Assembly (NCBI GenBank): GCA_005223145.1
Contig: NJBL01000002.1
Span: forward strand, 3,541-67,540
Length of the DNA: 64,000 nt
DNA from: a bacterium (candidate division B38) B3_B38
GTDB lineage: Bacteria; Acidobacteriota; B3-B38; Guanabaribacteriales; B3-B38
Direction: 5' to 3'
Position numbers and translations under genes: made by a program. Shown here one piece after another: positions 1 to 10,243 of the stretch. The notes under the pieces are model-generated. The model was given only the letters and a program-made list of their open reading frames with translations. It was not told the DNA's origin and ran no database searches. The stretch's first letter is position 1. Each line of letters begins with the position of its first letter.

Positions 1-623
1 TATTTGAAGAGGAGCACCCGGCTGTGGCTATCCAGACCATGGCGGAGTTCGACATCTTAAAGTTCATCTATCCGCATATTACTTACAACCAGACCATGGG
101 GAGAATTCTTGATAATGTTGAGAAGGTCATCTCCTGGTATAATCTCCTTTATAGGGAACCGAAGCCGAAGCTGTGGCTCATCTACCTTATGGGGCTCTTT
201 GAAGAGCTCTCTACCAGCGACCGCGAAGACGGAGCAGAGCGCCTTAACCTTCCTCCCAAAGAGAGGCAGACCCTTAAAGCCTATCCCGGAGAGATAACAA
301 CTCTCATTAACAAACTAACCAAAAAGAGAGAGGTAAAGCCGAGTCAGATATACAGCGTGCTTCATCGATGCCGACTGGAGGTGCTCCTCTACACCATGGC
401 GAGGGCTGAGCAGGAAGCGGTAAAAAAGGCAATCTCACTCTACCTCCGCCATCTCTCGCAGGTAAGGCTCAATATATCCGGTGACGACCTCCTGAAGCTG
501 GGCTGCTCGCCTGGACCCCTTTTCAATAAAATCCTCAAAAAGATTCTTCTTGCTAAATTAGACGGGCAGGTCTCCACTCCGGAAGAGGAGCTGGAGATGG
601 CTAAAAAGCTGATAAAATCGTAG
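1..623 (+). CDS. CCA tRNA nucleotidyltransferase / poly(A) polymerase family, C-terminal portion; 5' end lies outside the window
   Basis: The reading frame is open from nt 3 with no upstream stop. The C-terminal segment ...ISGDDLLKLGCSPGPLFNKILKKILLAKLDGQVSTPEEELEMAKKL matches the conserved C-terminal tRNA-binding region of CCA-adding enzymes. Confidence 0.55.
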   Translation, partial: FEEEHPAVAIQTMAEFDILKFIYPHITYNQTMGRILDNVEKVISWYNLLYREPKPKLWLIYLMGLFEELSTSDREDGAERLNLPPKERQTLKAYPGEITTLINKLTKKREVKPSQIYSVLHRCRLEVLLYTMARAEQEAVKKAISLYLRHLSQVRLNISGDDLLKLGCSPGPLFNKILKKILLAKLDGQVSTPEEELEMAKKLIKS

Positions 624-768
624 CTCTCTATCTTTTTCTGAAACTGCAAAATAATGAGAACCCGGATGGATACATCTGAATGTGACAACTTTATTAATGA
701 AGGAAGATACAGGCTGTGATAGTAATAGCTGGCAAGGAGCAGGTTACGGATAATATGCGCAGGTTATC

Positions 769-1353
769 TCACTTAACTCTTTGTGGATTCAATGCATCAA
801 TATCCAGCTCTCCAATGGGTCCTTGGTAATAATCATGTTCGCCGGGAAAGGCACTGAACTTGCCGGAGAAAACGCCAGCCATCATATCCACCCAGAAGCT
901 CTTTCTATAGGTATTGAAGGCTCTGATATACATAATCCAGTCATCCAGAGCGGTTTTAATCTCGTTAATCCCCTCTTCCACCGGGCAGCGTCCTTCGGCA
1001 ATATTCATGATGGTTCCAAAGATTCTGTCCAGATCAGCTCGGATCCTCTTCTTAGTCACTCTTTCTAAACTGAACCTTCTGGCGTATTTTTGATGCATTA
1101 TATCTACCACATAATCTATCACCTTTGGCGACTCATCACCCTCTCCGGCTTGAAACTCCCACATGGCATCAATAATATGGGCGACAAACTCAGCGGCTAC
1201 CTGGTCCAGCACCAGGGGTGGTTGAGTACCGTCAATCCATAAGTAGTTCTCTCGGGTAGGGTCGGTCAATCTTAGATGAAATCGGTGGCCATTAATGGTG
1301 GCATGCCTGATACCTTCCGAAGTAAATTGCGGTCTTCTCATATCCTTTATCAC
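769..1353 (-). CDS. hypothetical protein
   Basis: 194-aa ORF with coding-like composition and no recognisable motif. Confidence 0.4.
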   Translation of the reverse strand: MIKDMRRPQFTSEGIRHATINGHRFHLRLTDPTRENYLWIDGTQPPLVLDQVAAEFVAHIIDAMWEFQAGEGDESPKVIDYVVDIMHQKYARRFSLERVTKKRIRADLDRIFGTIMNIAEGRCPVEEGINEIKTALDDWIMYIRAFNTYRKSFWVDMMAGVFSGKFSAFPGEHDYYQGPIGELDIDALNPQRVK

Positions 1354-1653
1354 TGTATTTTAATGATTAAAGAGGGATAGGGGCTGTTTGATGACAACAT
1401 AGAATCTGTACTCACTAATGTCAAATAACCTATGATGAGCAAAATGAGCGTTCCAATCCTCCGTTTTTTAAATATATAGACTAATATCAGATTGATTGAG
1501 ATCAGTCAAGGGGGAAAATGTCGCTTTCGTCCTGAGCTTCCATCATAGAGCCATCATCAGCACAGCGACACGCTTTTGAATCAGTAGGCGATTTTGCACA
1601 AAAGAGAATTTCTCTCTTGATTGAGATTTTGGTCTCGCCTATACTCACAGCAC

Positions 1654-4047
1654 CTATTTGCCCATCCTGAAGCCAACTTCATCCAGGATAATCACACCTT
1701 TTGGCGTGCGGTTAAATATGAAGCGTATCGTCTTGAGGTCAGTCGGCTGGAACTGCGAATTAGCTTCCACAAAAGCGGAGAGCGGGAGTTCGTAGGTTTG
1801 TAGCACAGGCTCTGTGGGATTCTTATATTTCTTCCTTTCCAGATAATTCCACTTGGTAAATTGCGCGGTCAACGCAGGTGGGATAAGCGAAAACTGGCTC
1901 AAAGATAAATGGGCTGTGGAGCCGTCTTTAGTAATCAGTTCAATGGTTAAATCTAATGGTTTTTTTTCTTCCTTTGCCTTTTTGCTCTTTTCTGGCTCTT
2001 CTTTTTCGTTTTCCTCACCTGGTGTTGGTGGAGCTTCGTTTGCATCGGCAAAGGTGCAAATGAGCAGAGTATCGGGATTGAGCTGCCACTCCTGAGCGAG
2101 AGTATCAGGAAGCGTGATGGAATAGCTCGCCATCTTATTCTCTGATTGCTCAGCTTTGTCCTCTGTGTTCCAGCCCAGATATACCGCATTATTATTCTGC
2201 GCACTATCATCCTCTCGAAAATTTAATTCCTGCTCACGCCAAACCGCCAGATTTTCTCCTTGCTGAACTCCCCCTGCCACAGTGGTTGTGGTAACATCGA
2301 CATCCTCCTCATAGTCGCTGACCACCCTTTGGCGGGAGTCCTCAAATTGACTTATATATATGGTTTTAGGAAGCCACTCAGCAATAACCCGGTGGTCACG
2401 AAAAAGAGGTATATACTCTTGTCTCCTATGAAGTGTAGCCTCAAGAAAGGCGGACATGTAAACCTTGCCTATCTGGCGTTGTTCTTCTCCTTTCAGAAGC
2501 GGTTTTAAGTTTAATAGCCAGTTCGCCGGACCGTATAAATCCGTTCTTCCCCAGATGGTGTTGAACTGACCATGATTAGCCTGGTAAATATAAAGGGCTG
2601 ATTTAAACCAGTACTGCTCATCGGTAAACTTTACACGCTGGTATTGGCGAATTCCTAAGAATATGGACACATCACTATCGTGAGCTCCCTGCAGAACCAG
2701 ATAATTAATATTCTTCAACGACACCGGTTTGCTGGCAGGCTTAAATTGACCATCGACTGGCGCAATGGCTATTATCGATTTGATAGAAAAGTTAAAGTCA
2801 AACAAGATGGTGGCATCATCGGGATAGTGCGATAGCCTGTTGAAAGCTCCGGCGATGGCCACTGCTTCGCCTCCGCGTGAATGCCCAATAAGGGCAATAT
2901 TGTTCATATCTACTTTTCGATAAAACGGATTGCCCTCCACTTCGTTCCAGGAACGCCATACCTTGAGATGCTGGAGCAATATCCATCCGCGGGCGGAGTT
3001 TTCTTTCATAAGAGCACCGGCCCATGACACGTTTAAGAAATTCTCATCCACGGATACGGTGATAAATCCACGGCTCGCCAGTAGCTCTCCCAGGTAGGCA
3101 TACCCGGGGTCAGAGAACTCTTCCATCTTGTGGCCTCCATGCACAACCAGCACCAATGGAAATGGACCATCCCCCGCAGGATACCACACACGACCGTTAA
3201 GCGGGAAGTTCTTGGGTTCAAACTTCCAGTACCATTTTCTCGCTTTTGCTCTAAAGCCTTTCCATCCCTCGAGGAAAGGCGAAGCATCGACCGTATCGGT
3301 TTTCAGGTCCACAGACTCACCATATTCAGGACGGCGTATATCTGTACCGCTGCCATAGAACAGGGTTCGGACTTCATAAATACCGCGCTCAGACGGATTA
3401 GGCGCCCGGAGGCTGGGCACGCCGGAGGGAGCATCAAAATCTTCCTTGACCAGATGAGAGTCAGTACCCGAGTAAGTGAGCCATCCGATTACGGCAATAT
3501 TAAGGCACACTGCCAGAACCATCATCCCTATGGTAATGGCTTTCTTAACAGTTGATGCTCTCTTAAAGCCTTTGCCCACGACGACTACAATTGTAGCCAC
3601 GAGGAGAGCCTCCACCAGGACGATAGCAACTCCTGCGAGAGGTGCTATCTCGTCAAGCAAGCCGCACATTGGGAGAAGCACAGTGAGAAGCACAGAAAAG
3701 ACCACAATGGCGGCAACCAGAGCTCCGGTGAAAAGCAGTGGCAATGCTCTGACTAAAGCTGCAATGCCTATGACTACTGCTCCAATCAAAGTAATAGCTA
3801 TGACTCCAATGAGCGCAAAGATGAGGATATCTACCATAGAACCCAGCCCGGTCCCCAGCAGCGAGCCTATAAAGGCTGTCAGGGCCACAGCAAGGGCAGC
3901 TGCTCCCATTGCCGCCGCCTTCCATGTGCGAGGTGCAGGCTTGAGCTTCACCAGTGCAGCTCTAATCTTAGTGGATAGCTTTCTTGGAGGCTTCTCTTTT
4001 TTACGCTCCTCTTTTGGTGTTTTTTTGGGATTGCCATTGGTGGTCAT
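1654..4047 (-). CDS. membrane-anchored alpha/beta hydrolase, PAF-acetylhydrolase/lipase-like
   Basis: Basic N-terminus followed by about 150 aa of A/L/V/I/G-rich predicted transmembrane helices. Then a hydrolase core with VVHGGHKMEEF and the nucleophile elbow IALIGHSRGG (GxSxG). A Lys/Glu-rich linker and a C-terminal domain of unknown function follow. Confidence 0.6.
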   Translation of the reverse strand: MTTNGNPKKTPKEERKKEKPPRKLSTKIRAALVKLKPAPRTWKAAAMGAAALAVALTAFIGSLLGTGLGSMVDILIFALIGVIAITLIGAVVIGIAALVRALPLLFTGALVAAIVVFSVLLTVLLPMCGLLDEIAPLAGVAIVLVEALLVATIVVVVGKGFKRASTVKKAITIGMMVLAVCLNIAVIGWLTYSGTDSHLVKEDFDAPSGVPSLRAPNPSERGIYEVRTLFYGSGTDIRRPEYGESVDLKTDTVDASPFLEGWKGFRAKARKWYWKFEPKNFPLNGRVWYPAGDGPFPLVLVVHGGHKMEEFSDPGYAYLGELLASRGFITVSVDENFLNVSWAGALMKENSARGWILLQHLKVWRSWNEVEGNPFYRKVDMNNIALIGHSRGGEAVAIAGAFNRLSHYPDDATILFDFNFSIKSIIAIAPVDGQFKPASKPVSLKNINYLVLQGAHDSDVSIFLGIRQYQRVKFTDEQYWFKSALYIYQANHGQFNTIWGRTDLYGPANWLLNLKPLLKGEEQRQIGKVYMSAFLEATLHRRQEYIPLFRDHRVIAEWLPKTIYISQFEDSRQRVVSDYEEDVDVTTTTVAGGVQQGENLAVWREQELNFREDDSAQNNNAVYLGWNTEDKAEQSENKMASYSITLPDTLAQEWQLNPDTLLICTFADANEAPPTPGEENEKEEPEKSKKAKEEKKPLDLTIELITKDGSTAHLSLSQFSLIPPALTAQFTKWNYLERKKYKNPTEPVLQTYELPLSAFVEANSQFQPTDLKTIRFIFNRTPKGVIILDEVGFRMGK

Positions 4048-4136
4048 TTTATCCCTCCTTTATTGCGTAAAAAATGTGCACTTGCATCTTTCACACTTAA
4101 GATATATGAATAAGCTTATATTTGAAACCTTAGCAT

Positions 4137-4154
4137 CTACAATTATAATTGTAG
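4137..4154. promoter_or_regulatory. 18-bp perfect palindrome CTACAATTATAATTGTAG (contains TATAAT) in the promoter region of the membrane hydrolase gene
   Basis: Read directly from the sequence. It is self-complementary over all 18 nt and lies about 90-110 nt upstream of the minus-strand start at 4047. Confidence 0.35.
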
Positions 4155-4190
4155 AGGTAAACGCTGCAGTTATAATCTGAGGAGTATGAA

Positions 4191-5435
4191 TTAGTTCAAG
4201 GACAGAATCATAAGGATGTCTTGCTTCATTCCCACAAACAGACCTTCTATTTCGGCTTCTTCTCTCAGGCTGTGATTGTAGCGGCAGTAGGTACGACCGA
4301 GATTTATAGATGGGATTCCGCGTTCAATGCCGGCATTGGCATCGGTAGAGCCAAGCGGGTCAATCTCTAAATCTTTCACTTTGAGAAATTTAAGAATATC
4401 CTCGGCCGTTCTGACCAGAGTGGAGTGGCGAGCGCCGGGCAGCTGGCGGGCTCTGGCATTTTTATTCAGGCTTATCTCTACCTCAACTTCCATCTCATCT
4501 GCGACCTGGCGACAAATCTCCTCTATCTGGCGAGCTGCCTTTGCCAGCTCTGCCTGGTCTCCGGAACGCAAATCAATGCTAAAAAATGACTCCTGAGAAA
4601 CCGCGTTATTCACTTTGCCCCCGCCTATCATACCCACATTATAGATGGTGTATTTTTCAGGCGGCTCGGCAGGAACAGAGATGTTATAGATTCGGTCAAT
4701 GGCTTTAGCCACCGCTAAATTGGGGTTAGGAACTCCACGACTATTCATGGTGTGCGCACCGGGACCTCTAAATACGACACGACCGCCTCCAAACCCCAGC
4801 GCTCCATAGCTCAGACTTCCCAGATTAGCATCCAGGGCGATGAGCATATCGAATTTTTCTTTGCTGTCATCCAGGAAAAGCCTCAATCCCCTGAATCCGA
4901 TTTCCTCACCCACAGTGGCCAGAAAATAATAATTGTTGGCATGCTTAAAACCTGCATCTTTCAGCGCCCTGATTGACCAGAGAAGGTTGATACAACTGGA
5001 AGTGTCATCCCCAACACCTGGTGCTTTGAGAAGATTCTCTTCTCTTGTTACCTTTATCTCCCACACTCCCTGAAAGACCGTGTCCATATGAGCGGCAAAG
5101 ATAATGTTCTTTCCTTGATTGGTGCCTTTCCAGATGCCAACCACATTGCCAAACTCATCAATATAAGTCTCGTCCAAACCAGCGGCTTCAAATTGTTCTT
5201 CAATATATTTGGCTCTTTTCTCTTCGTGACCCGAAGGAGCGGGAATTTCGGTGAGATAAATCCACTCCTCAATAATGGCTTCTCTATTCTTTTCTATAAA
5301 AGAGAATATCTTTTGAGCCAGAGGAGATGAGGCTATTTCAGGTTTAAATAATGATTTCTCACTTTGCTGAGTGGAAGAAATAGCAGCCAGGAAAATGAAA
5401 GCGACAAATACCAATAAAGTAATGATTTTTTTCAT
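4191..5435 (-). CDS. secreted M20-family metallopeptidase (peptidase T / ArgE-DapE-like)
   Basis: Signal peptide MKKIITLLVFVAFIFLAA. M20 motifs AAHMDTV and GVGDDTSSC. RBS GAGGAGG sits upstream of the internal Met, so the start is set at the MKKII Met (5435) rather than the track start at 5450. Confidence 0.7.
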   Translation of the reverse strand: MKKIITLLVFVAFIFLAAISSTQQSEKSLFKPEIASSPLAQKIFSFIEKNREAIIEEWIYLTEIPAPSGHEEKRAKYIEEQFEAAGLDETYIDEFGNVVGIWKGTNQGKNIIFAAHMDTVFQGVWEIKVTREENLLKAPGVGDDTSSCINLLWSIRALKDAGFKHANNYYFLATVGEEIGFRGLRLFLDDSKEKFDMLIALDANLGSLSYGALGFGGGRVVFRGPGAHTMNSRGVPNPNLAVAKAIDRIYNISVPAEPPEKYTIYNVGMIGGGKVNNAVSQESFFSIDLRSGDQAELAKAARQIEEICRQVADEMEVEVEISLNKNARARQLPGARHSTLVRTAEDILKFLKVKDLEIDPLGSTDANAGIERGIPSINLGRTYCRYNHSLREEAEIEGLFVGMKQDILMILSLN

Positions 5436-5699
5436 AATGAACCTCCTCATTTTTTATTACTCAAGAGATACATTCTTGTCTATTTTTACCTGAAAGTCAA
5501 CTGCAATTTTAGTCTCCGTAACCTTCTCATTTTTCGTTAATGACATCCACTTAATTATGGAATACAGTTATCTCTTTAAACTCAAAAAATTCGCCGCAAT
5601 ATCAATATGAGCTCAAATATCGATTTTTCCTTTTAACACTGTTTTATTCTATGGTAACATTGAGTCATGTTAAACTCTGATTTTTTTAAGGAGGTTATC

Positions 5700-7700
5700 A
5701 TGAGAAAAAATCGGGTTTTTATCTTTATCTTGGGTATTGTTATTCTGTTCCTGGGGGCTTATTTACAGGGAGATGAGCTTAAAAATCGCTTAACAGTAAG
5801 CTTTTATCTTGACTGGGAATATGTGAGCAGTCCACAGATTTCTCCTGAGGGAACTCAAATAGTGTATGTGCGGCGGATAACGGAGAAGATAAATGATAAA
5901 TTCGAGAGTCACATCTGGACTATAAATTTCGATGGCTCCAGGAATCGACAGCTTATCAAAGGCTCATCGCCTCGCTGGTCGCCGGATGGGAAAAGACTGG
6001 CTTATATCTCCTCAGTTGACAACCGCTCTCAAATATTCGTCCGCTGGATGGATACGGGAGAAGCCACTCAGATAACCCATTTGGACCAGAGCCCAAGCAA
6101 CATAGCCTGGTCGCCAGATGGGAAAAAAATTGCCTTTACCATGCTGGTTCCTTCATTTACCCCGTCTTGGATTAAAATGCCGCCCAAGCCAAAGGGCGCC
6201 AAATGGGCTGACCCAGCCATGGTCGTTGACCGCCTGAGCTACCGTAATGATGGTCGCGGAAATAGACCGTTGGGATTCCGTCACATTTTTTCAGTACCTG
6301 CTACAGGTGGAACTCCCCGACAGTTAACCAACGGCGATTACGACCATGGAGCACCGCAGTGGAGCCCGGATGGGCAGACTATTATCTTCAGCGCCACCCG
6401 AAAACCCGAAGCTGAGTATCTGCCTGGAGGCTCGGAGGTCTATGCTCTCTCATTAAAAGATGGGCAGATTCGCGCTTTAACCGACCGAGATGGACCTGAC
6501 TCTAACCCTAAAGTTTCTCCTGATGGACGATTCATTGCTTATACCGGATACGACCAAAAGAATTACAGCTACCATGTCAGCAAGCTCTATCTTATGGATT
6601 CTGATGGTCAGAACAAGCGCCTTCTCTCGGAGAAGCTGGATCGCTCAATTAGAGGCGTTATTTGGGCGCCAGACAGCAGTGGAATCTATTTCGCGGTAGG
6701 CGACAAGGGAACCTCCAATATTAATTTCGCGCCTGTAAGCGGAACTATCAGGCAAATCACCAAGGGAACTCATATGCTTAGCTCCCTTTCCCTCTCTTCA
6801 AATAATCGGGCTGTGGGCATTCTCTCCGCTCCCTGGGAGCCTGGCGATTTGGTCACCTTTTCCCTTGACCAGCCAACCCATGCAAAAATTACCGGAGTGA
6901 ATGAGGATCTTTTAGAAGGGGTTAAACTGGGAGAGGTGGAGGAGATCTGGTACAAATCCTTCGATGGAAAACCTATCCAGGGGTGGATTATTAAACCCCC
7001 TGATTTTGACCCTGAGAAAAAGTATCCTTTGATTCTTTACATTCACGGCGTTCCCCATGCTATGTACAGTGTCGCTTTTAATTTTGAATTCCAGAATCAC
7101 GCTGCCCACGATTATGTTATCCTCTACACCAACCCCAGGGGGAGCACCGGTTACGGTCAGGAATTTGGCAATGCCATATGGTACAGCTATCCCGGCGATG
7201 ATTATCATGACCTGATGAAAGGGGTAGATGCTGTCCTTACAAAGGGCTACATCGATGAAGAGAACCTCTTTGTCTGCGGGGGGAGCGGCGGCGGCGTGCT
7301 TACTTCATGGATCGTCGGTCACACAGACCGCTTCAGAGCAGCCGTGGTCATGAAGCCGGTCACCAACTGGTACAGCTTTGTGGGCACCACTGACGGAGCC
7401 CACTGGTACCGCAGATTCAGAAAAATGCCCTGGGAAAATCCCCAGGAGTATCTTGACCGTTCACCTATTTCTTACACGGGGAATGTCACCACACCCACCA
7501 TGGTGTTAACCGGGGAGTTGGACCTGCGCTGCCCCATGGAGCAGACTGAGCAGTATTACAGAGCTCTCAAGATACAGAAGAAAGAGACCGTTATGGTTCG
7601 CATACCCGGAGAGTACCACGGAATCGGGCGGAGAAATCCTACGCATAAAATTGCTCAAATACTCTATCTCAGGCAATGGTTTGAACGGTATAAAAAATAG
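5700..7700 (+). CDS. S9-family serine peptidase with N-terminal beta-propeller (acylaminoacyl-peptidase / prolyl oligopeptidase-like)
   Basis: Repeated WSPDGK blades (WSPDGKRLAY, WSPDGKKIAF, WSPDGQTIIF). C-terminal alpha/beta hydrolase with GGSGGG nucleophile elbow. RBS AAGGAGG 7 nt upstream of the chosen Met; signal-anchor N-terminus. Confidence 0.75.
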   Translation: MRKNRVFIFILGIVILFLGAYLQGDELKNRLTVSFYLDWEYVSSPQISPEGTQIVYVRRITEKINDKFESHIWTINFDGSRNRQLIKGSSPRWSPDGKRLAYISSVDNRSQIFVRWMDTGEATQITHLDQSPSNIAWSPDGKKIAFTMLVPSFTPSWIKMPPKPKGAKWADPAMVVDRLSYRNDGRGNRPLGFRHIFSVPATGGTPRQLTNGDYDHGAPQWSPDGQTIIFSATRKPEAEYLPGGSEVYALSLKDGQIRALTDRDGPDSNPKVSPDGRFIAYTGYDQKNYSYHVSKLYLMDSDGQNKRLLSEKLDRSIRGVIWAPDSSGIYFAVGDKGTSNINFAPVSGTIRQITKGTHMLSSLSLSSNNRAVGILSAPWEPGDLVTFSLDQPTHAKITGVNEDLLEGVKLGEVEEIWYKSFDGKPIQGWIIKPPDFDPEKKYPLILYIHGVPHAMYSVAFNFEFQNHAAHDYVILYTNPRGSTGYGQEFGNAIWYSYPGDDYHDLMKGVDAVLTKGYIDEENLFVCGGSGGGVLTSWIVGHTDRFRAAVVMKPVTNWYSFVGTTDGAHWYRRFRKMPWENPQEYLDRSPISYTGNVTTPTMVLTGELDLRCPMEQTEQYYRALKIQKKETVMVRIPGEYHGIGRRNPTHKIAQILYLRQWFERYKK

Positions 7701-7892
7701 CCGGTAGAAGATTTAGGGGTGAGTTTTCATTATTCGTTATTTGACCGTATAGTATTGAGGTAAGGTATAGATTTTAAAGGGCAAGCTGTTTTCCTCTTTA
7801 GTATCTTTTGCTTCTCTTTTCAGCTAAGATTCTCTACCTATATTCAAATGTAAGGCAAAATCTATCGGTAATTTCCCTGTCAAAAGGAGGTC

Positions 7893-10238
7893 ATGAGGAT
7901 GAAGGCTAAAACTATTTTCTCCACCATAATGGTATTCACCTTGTGTATTATTTTGCCGAGTATCGCCTATGCCCAGGGCACCAAAGAGGATTATGAGCGC
8001 GCTGAGAAGTTTCTCCCTGCTAACATCAAAAAGTATGCCTTCAAGCTCAGGGTTGAGCCCCATTGGATAGAGGACAGTGATAGCTTCTGGTATAAAAACG
8101 ATACCCGTGATGGAAAAGAGTTTCTATTTGTCGACCCGGTGCACAATATACGCAGACCAGCCTTTGACCATTCCAAGCTTGCAGCAGCGCTCACGCTGGC
8201 TACGGGTACTGAGTATCCAGCTAAAAAGTTGCCCTTCGAGAGCTTTGAGTTTATTGATGAGGGAAAAGCGATTCAATTTGAGGTAGAAAAAACTACCTGG
8301 AAGTGCGACCTGGCAACTTATAAATGTGCGAAGGTTGAGCGGAAGGAGAGACGTCCAGACGAGCTGCCATCTCCGGATGGCCGGTGGATCGCATTTGTGA
8401 AAAACTTCAATCTCTATGTGCGTTCAGCTGACACAGGAGAGGAGATTCAATTGAGCCATGACGGTGAGGCGTTGTACGACTACGCCACGCCATTGCCTTC
8501 GCCGGACCTGGAGGTGATGGTGAAAGAGGGTAAGCTGGTGGGAAAAGTGAGAGTGGCGGCGATCTGGTCTCCCGACTCAAAGAAGCTGCTATCCCATCGT
8601 ATCGACCAGCGGAATATCGGGCGGTTTCACCTGCTTCAGTCGGTGCCGCCGGAGGGCGGATTGCGACCCGTACTGTACTCGTATGCATATCCCCTTCCCG
8701 GAGATAAGGTTGTTCCTGTGGCGGAGCTGGTGATCTTTGATGTTGAGAAGAGAGCGCAGGTAGCGGTGGACTCTGAGCCGCTCCCCCTCCTGTATTACGG
8801 GTCTCCACTAATGGGGTGGAGCAGAGCCTACAACCGCATACAGTGGAGTGAGGATAGTCATCGCATCTACTTCCCCCACATAGAGCGTGGGTACAAGGCG
8901 CTAAAACTGCGGATGACCGATGCCGAAACGGGGCAAGCGCAGACAGTAGTAGAGGAACGGGCAGCGACCTATATGGACTCCTATGTTTCGTGGAAGGTGC
9001 GCATTATGAACGGCGGTTCCGAAGTCATCTGGTTCTCGGAGAGGGATGGCTGGGGTCACCTTTACCTCTATGACGGAAAGACCGGGGAGCTGAAGAACCA
9101 AATTACGAAGGGACAGTGGGTTGTTCGCGAGGTGCTGCATGTGGACGAAAAGGGTCGGTGGGTATACTTCACCGCAGGAGGACGGGAGGAAGGTCGGGAC
9201 CCCTACTATCGTCATCTCTACCGCATCAAGTTGGACGGCTCACACCTTGAGCTGCTGACACCGGAGGATGCAGAGCACGAGGTCACCTTTTCCCCGACAG
9301 GACGGTACTTCGTGGATACCTATTCCAGGGTCAATATGGCGCCCGTGTCGGTGCTGCGAGGCAGTCCGGACGGGGGTATCGTGCGTGAGCTGGAGAAGGC
9401 GGACCTTGAGCTGCTCCTGGCGATGGGATGGTGGTGGCCGGAGCCGTTCCGCACTAAAGCCCGGGATGGCAAGACCGATATATACGGGGCGCTCTTCCGC
9501 CCTTCGAACTTTGACCCGGAGAAGAAATATCCTGTTCTTGATTACATCTACGGAGGTCCGTCATCTGTTCAGACGCCTAAAGCCTTGAACGATAGAGGAA
9601 CACTGTGGGATGCCCAGGCCATAGCCGAATTGGGGTTCCTGGTGGTCACCATAGATGGGTTGGGGATGCCCTACCGGTCCAAAGCGTTTCACGATGTCTC
9701 ATATAAGAACCTGGGAGACGCAGGAATTGAAGACCATATCGCTGCGCTGCGGCAGTTGGCGACTCGCTACTCATATATAGACCTGAGCCGCGTGGGAATT
9801 TTCGGTCATTCCGCCGGTGGGTATTCCTCCACGCATGCTATTCTCGCCTATGCGGATTTTTTCAAGGTTGCCGTATCCTCAGCGGGAAACCACGACCATC
9901 GGCTCGATAAAGCCGTGTGGATTGAACATTATATGGGTTCTGAAGTAGAAGACCATTATCGGGAACAAGCTAATTCGACCATCGCCCATCAACTCAAGGG
10001 CAAGCTGCTGCTTGTTCACGGCGACCTGGACCAGAATGTGCATCCTTATTCAACCATTCAACTCGTTGATGCGCTCATCAAAGCGAACAAGGATTTCGAC
10101 CTGCTCATTTTTCCCAATCGGAATCACTCCTTAGGGAGAGACCCCTATTTCATTCGCAAGCGATGGGACTACTTCGTGAAACATCTGCTGGGCGTGGAGC
10201 CACCAAAGGAGTATAAGATTCAAATAGAACCGCAATAA
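7893..10238 (+). CDS. secreted S9-family dipeptidyl-peptidase IV-like serine peptidase
   Basis: Signal peptide ending AYAQG. N-terminal propeller, catalytic GIFGHSAGGYSS (Ser), LLLVHGDLDQNVHP (Asp), NRNHS (His). RBS AAAGGAGG. Confidence 0.75.
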   Translation: MRMKAKTIFSTIMVFTLCIILPSIAYAQGTKEDYERAEKFLPANIKKYAFKLRVEPHWIEDSDSFWYKNDTRDGKEFLFVDPVHNIRRPAFDHSKLAAALTLATGTEYPAKKLPFESFEFIDEGKAIQFEVEKTTWKCDLATYKCAKVERKERRPDELPSPDGRWIAFVKNFNLYVRSADTGEEIQLSHDGEALYDYATPLPSPDLEVMVKEGKLVGKVRVAAIWSPDSKKLLSHRIDQRNIGRFHLLQSVPPEGGLRPVLYSYAYPLPGDKVVPVAELVIFDVEKRAQVAVDSEPLPLLYYGSPLMGWSRAYNRIQWSEDSHRIYFPHIERGYKALKLRMTDAETGQAQTVVEERAATYMDSYVSWKVRIMNGGSEVIWFSERDGWGHLYLYDGKTGELKNQITKGQWVVREVLHVDEKGRWVYFTAGGREEGRDPYYRHLYRIKLDGSHLELLTPEDAEHEVTFSPTGRYFVDTYSRVNMAPVSVLRGSPDGGIVRELEKADLELLLAMGWWWPEPFRTKARDGKTDIYGALFRPSNFDPEKKYPVLDYIYGGPSSVQTPKALNDRGTLWDAQAIAELGFLVVTIDGLGMPYRSKAFHDVSYKNLGDAGIEDHIAALRQLATRYSYIDLSRVGIFGHSAGGYSSTHAILAYADFFKVAVSSAGNHDHRLDKAVWIEHYMGSEVEDHYREQANSTIAHQLKGKLLLVHGDLDQNVHPYSTIQLVDALIKANKDFDLLIFPNRNHSLGRDPYFIRKRWDYFVKHLLGVEPPKEYKIQIEPQ

Positions 10239-10243
10239 TCCGC

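Noticed and set aside
3476-4180. 234-aa plus-strand ORF
   Set aside because: Entirely antisense to the well-supported hydrolase gene. Its Ala/Thr/Pro-rich low-complexity translation is typical of a shadow ORF.
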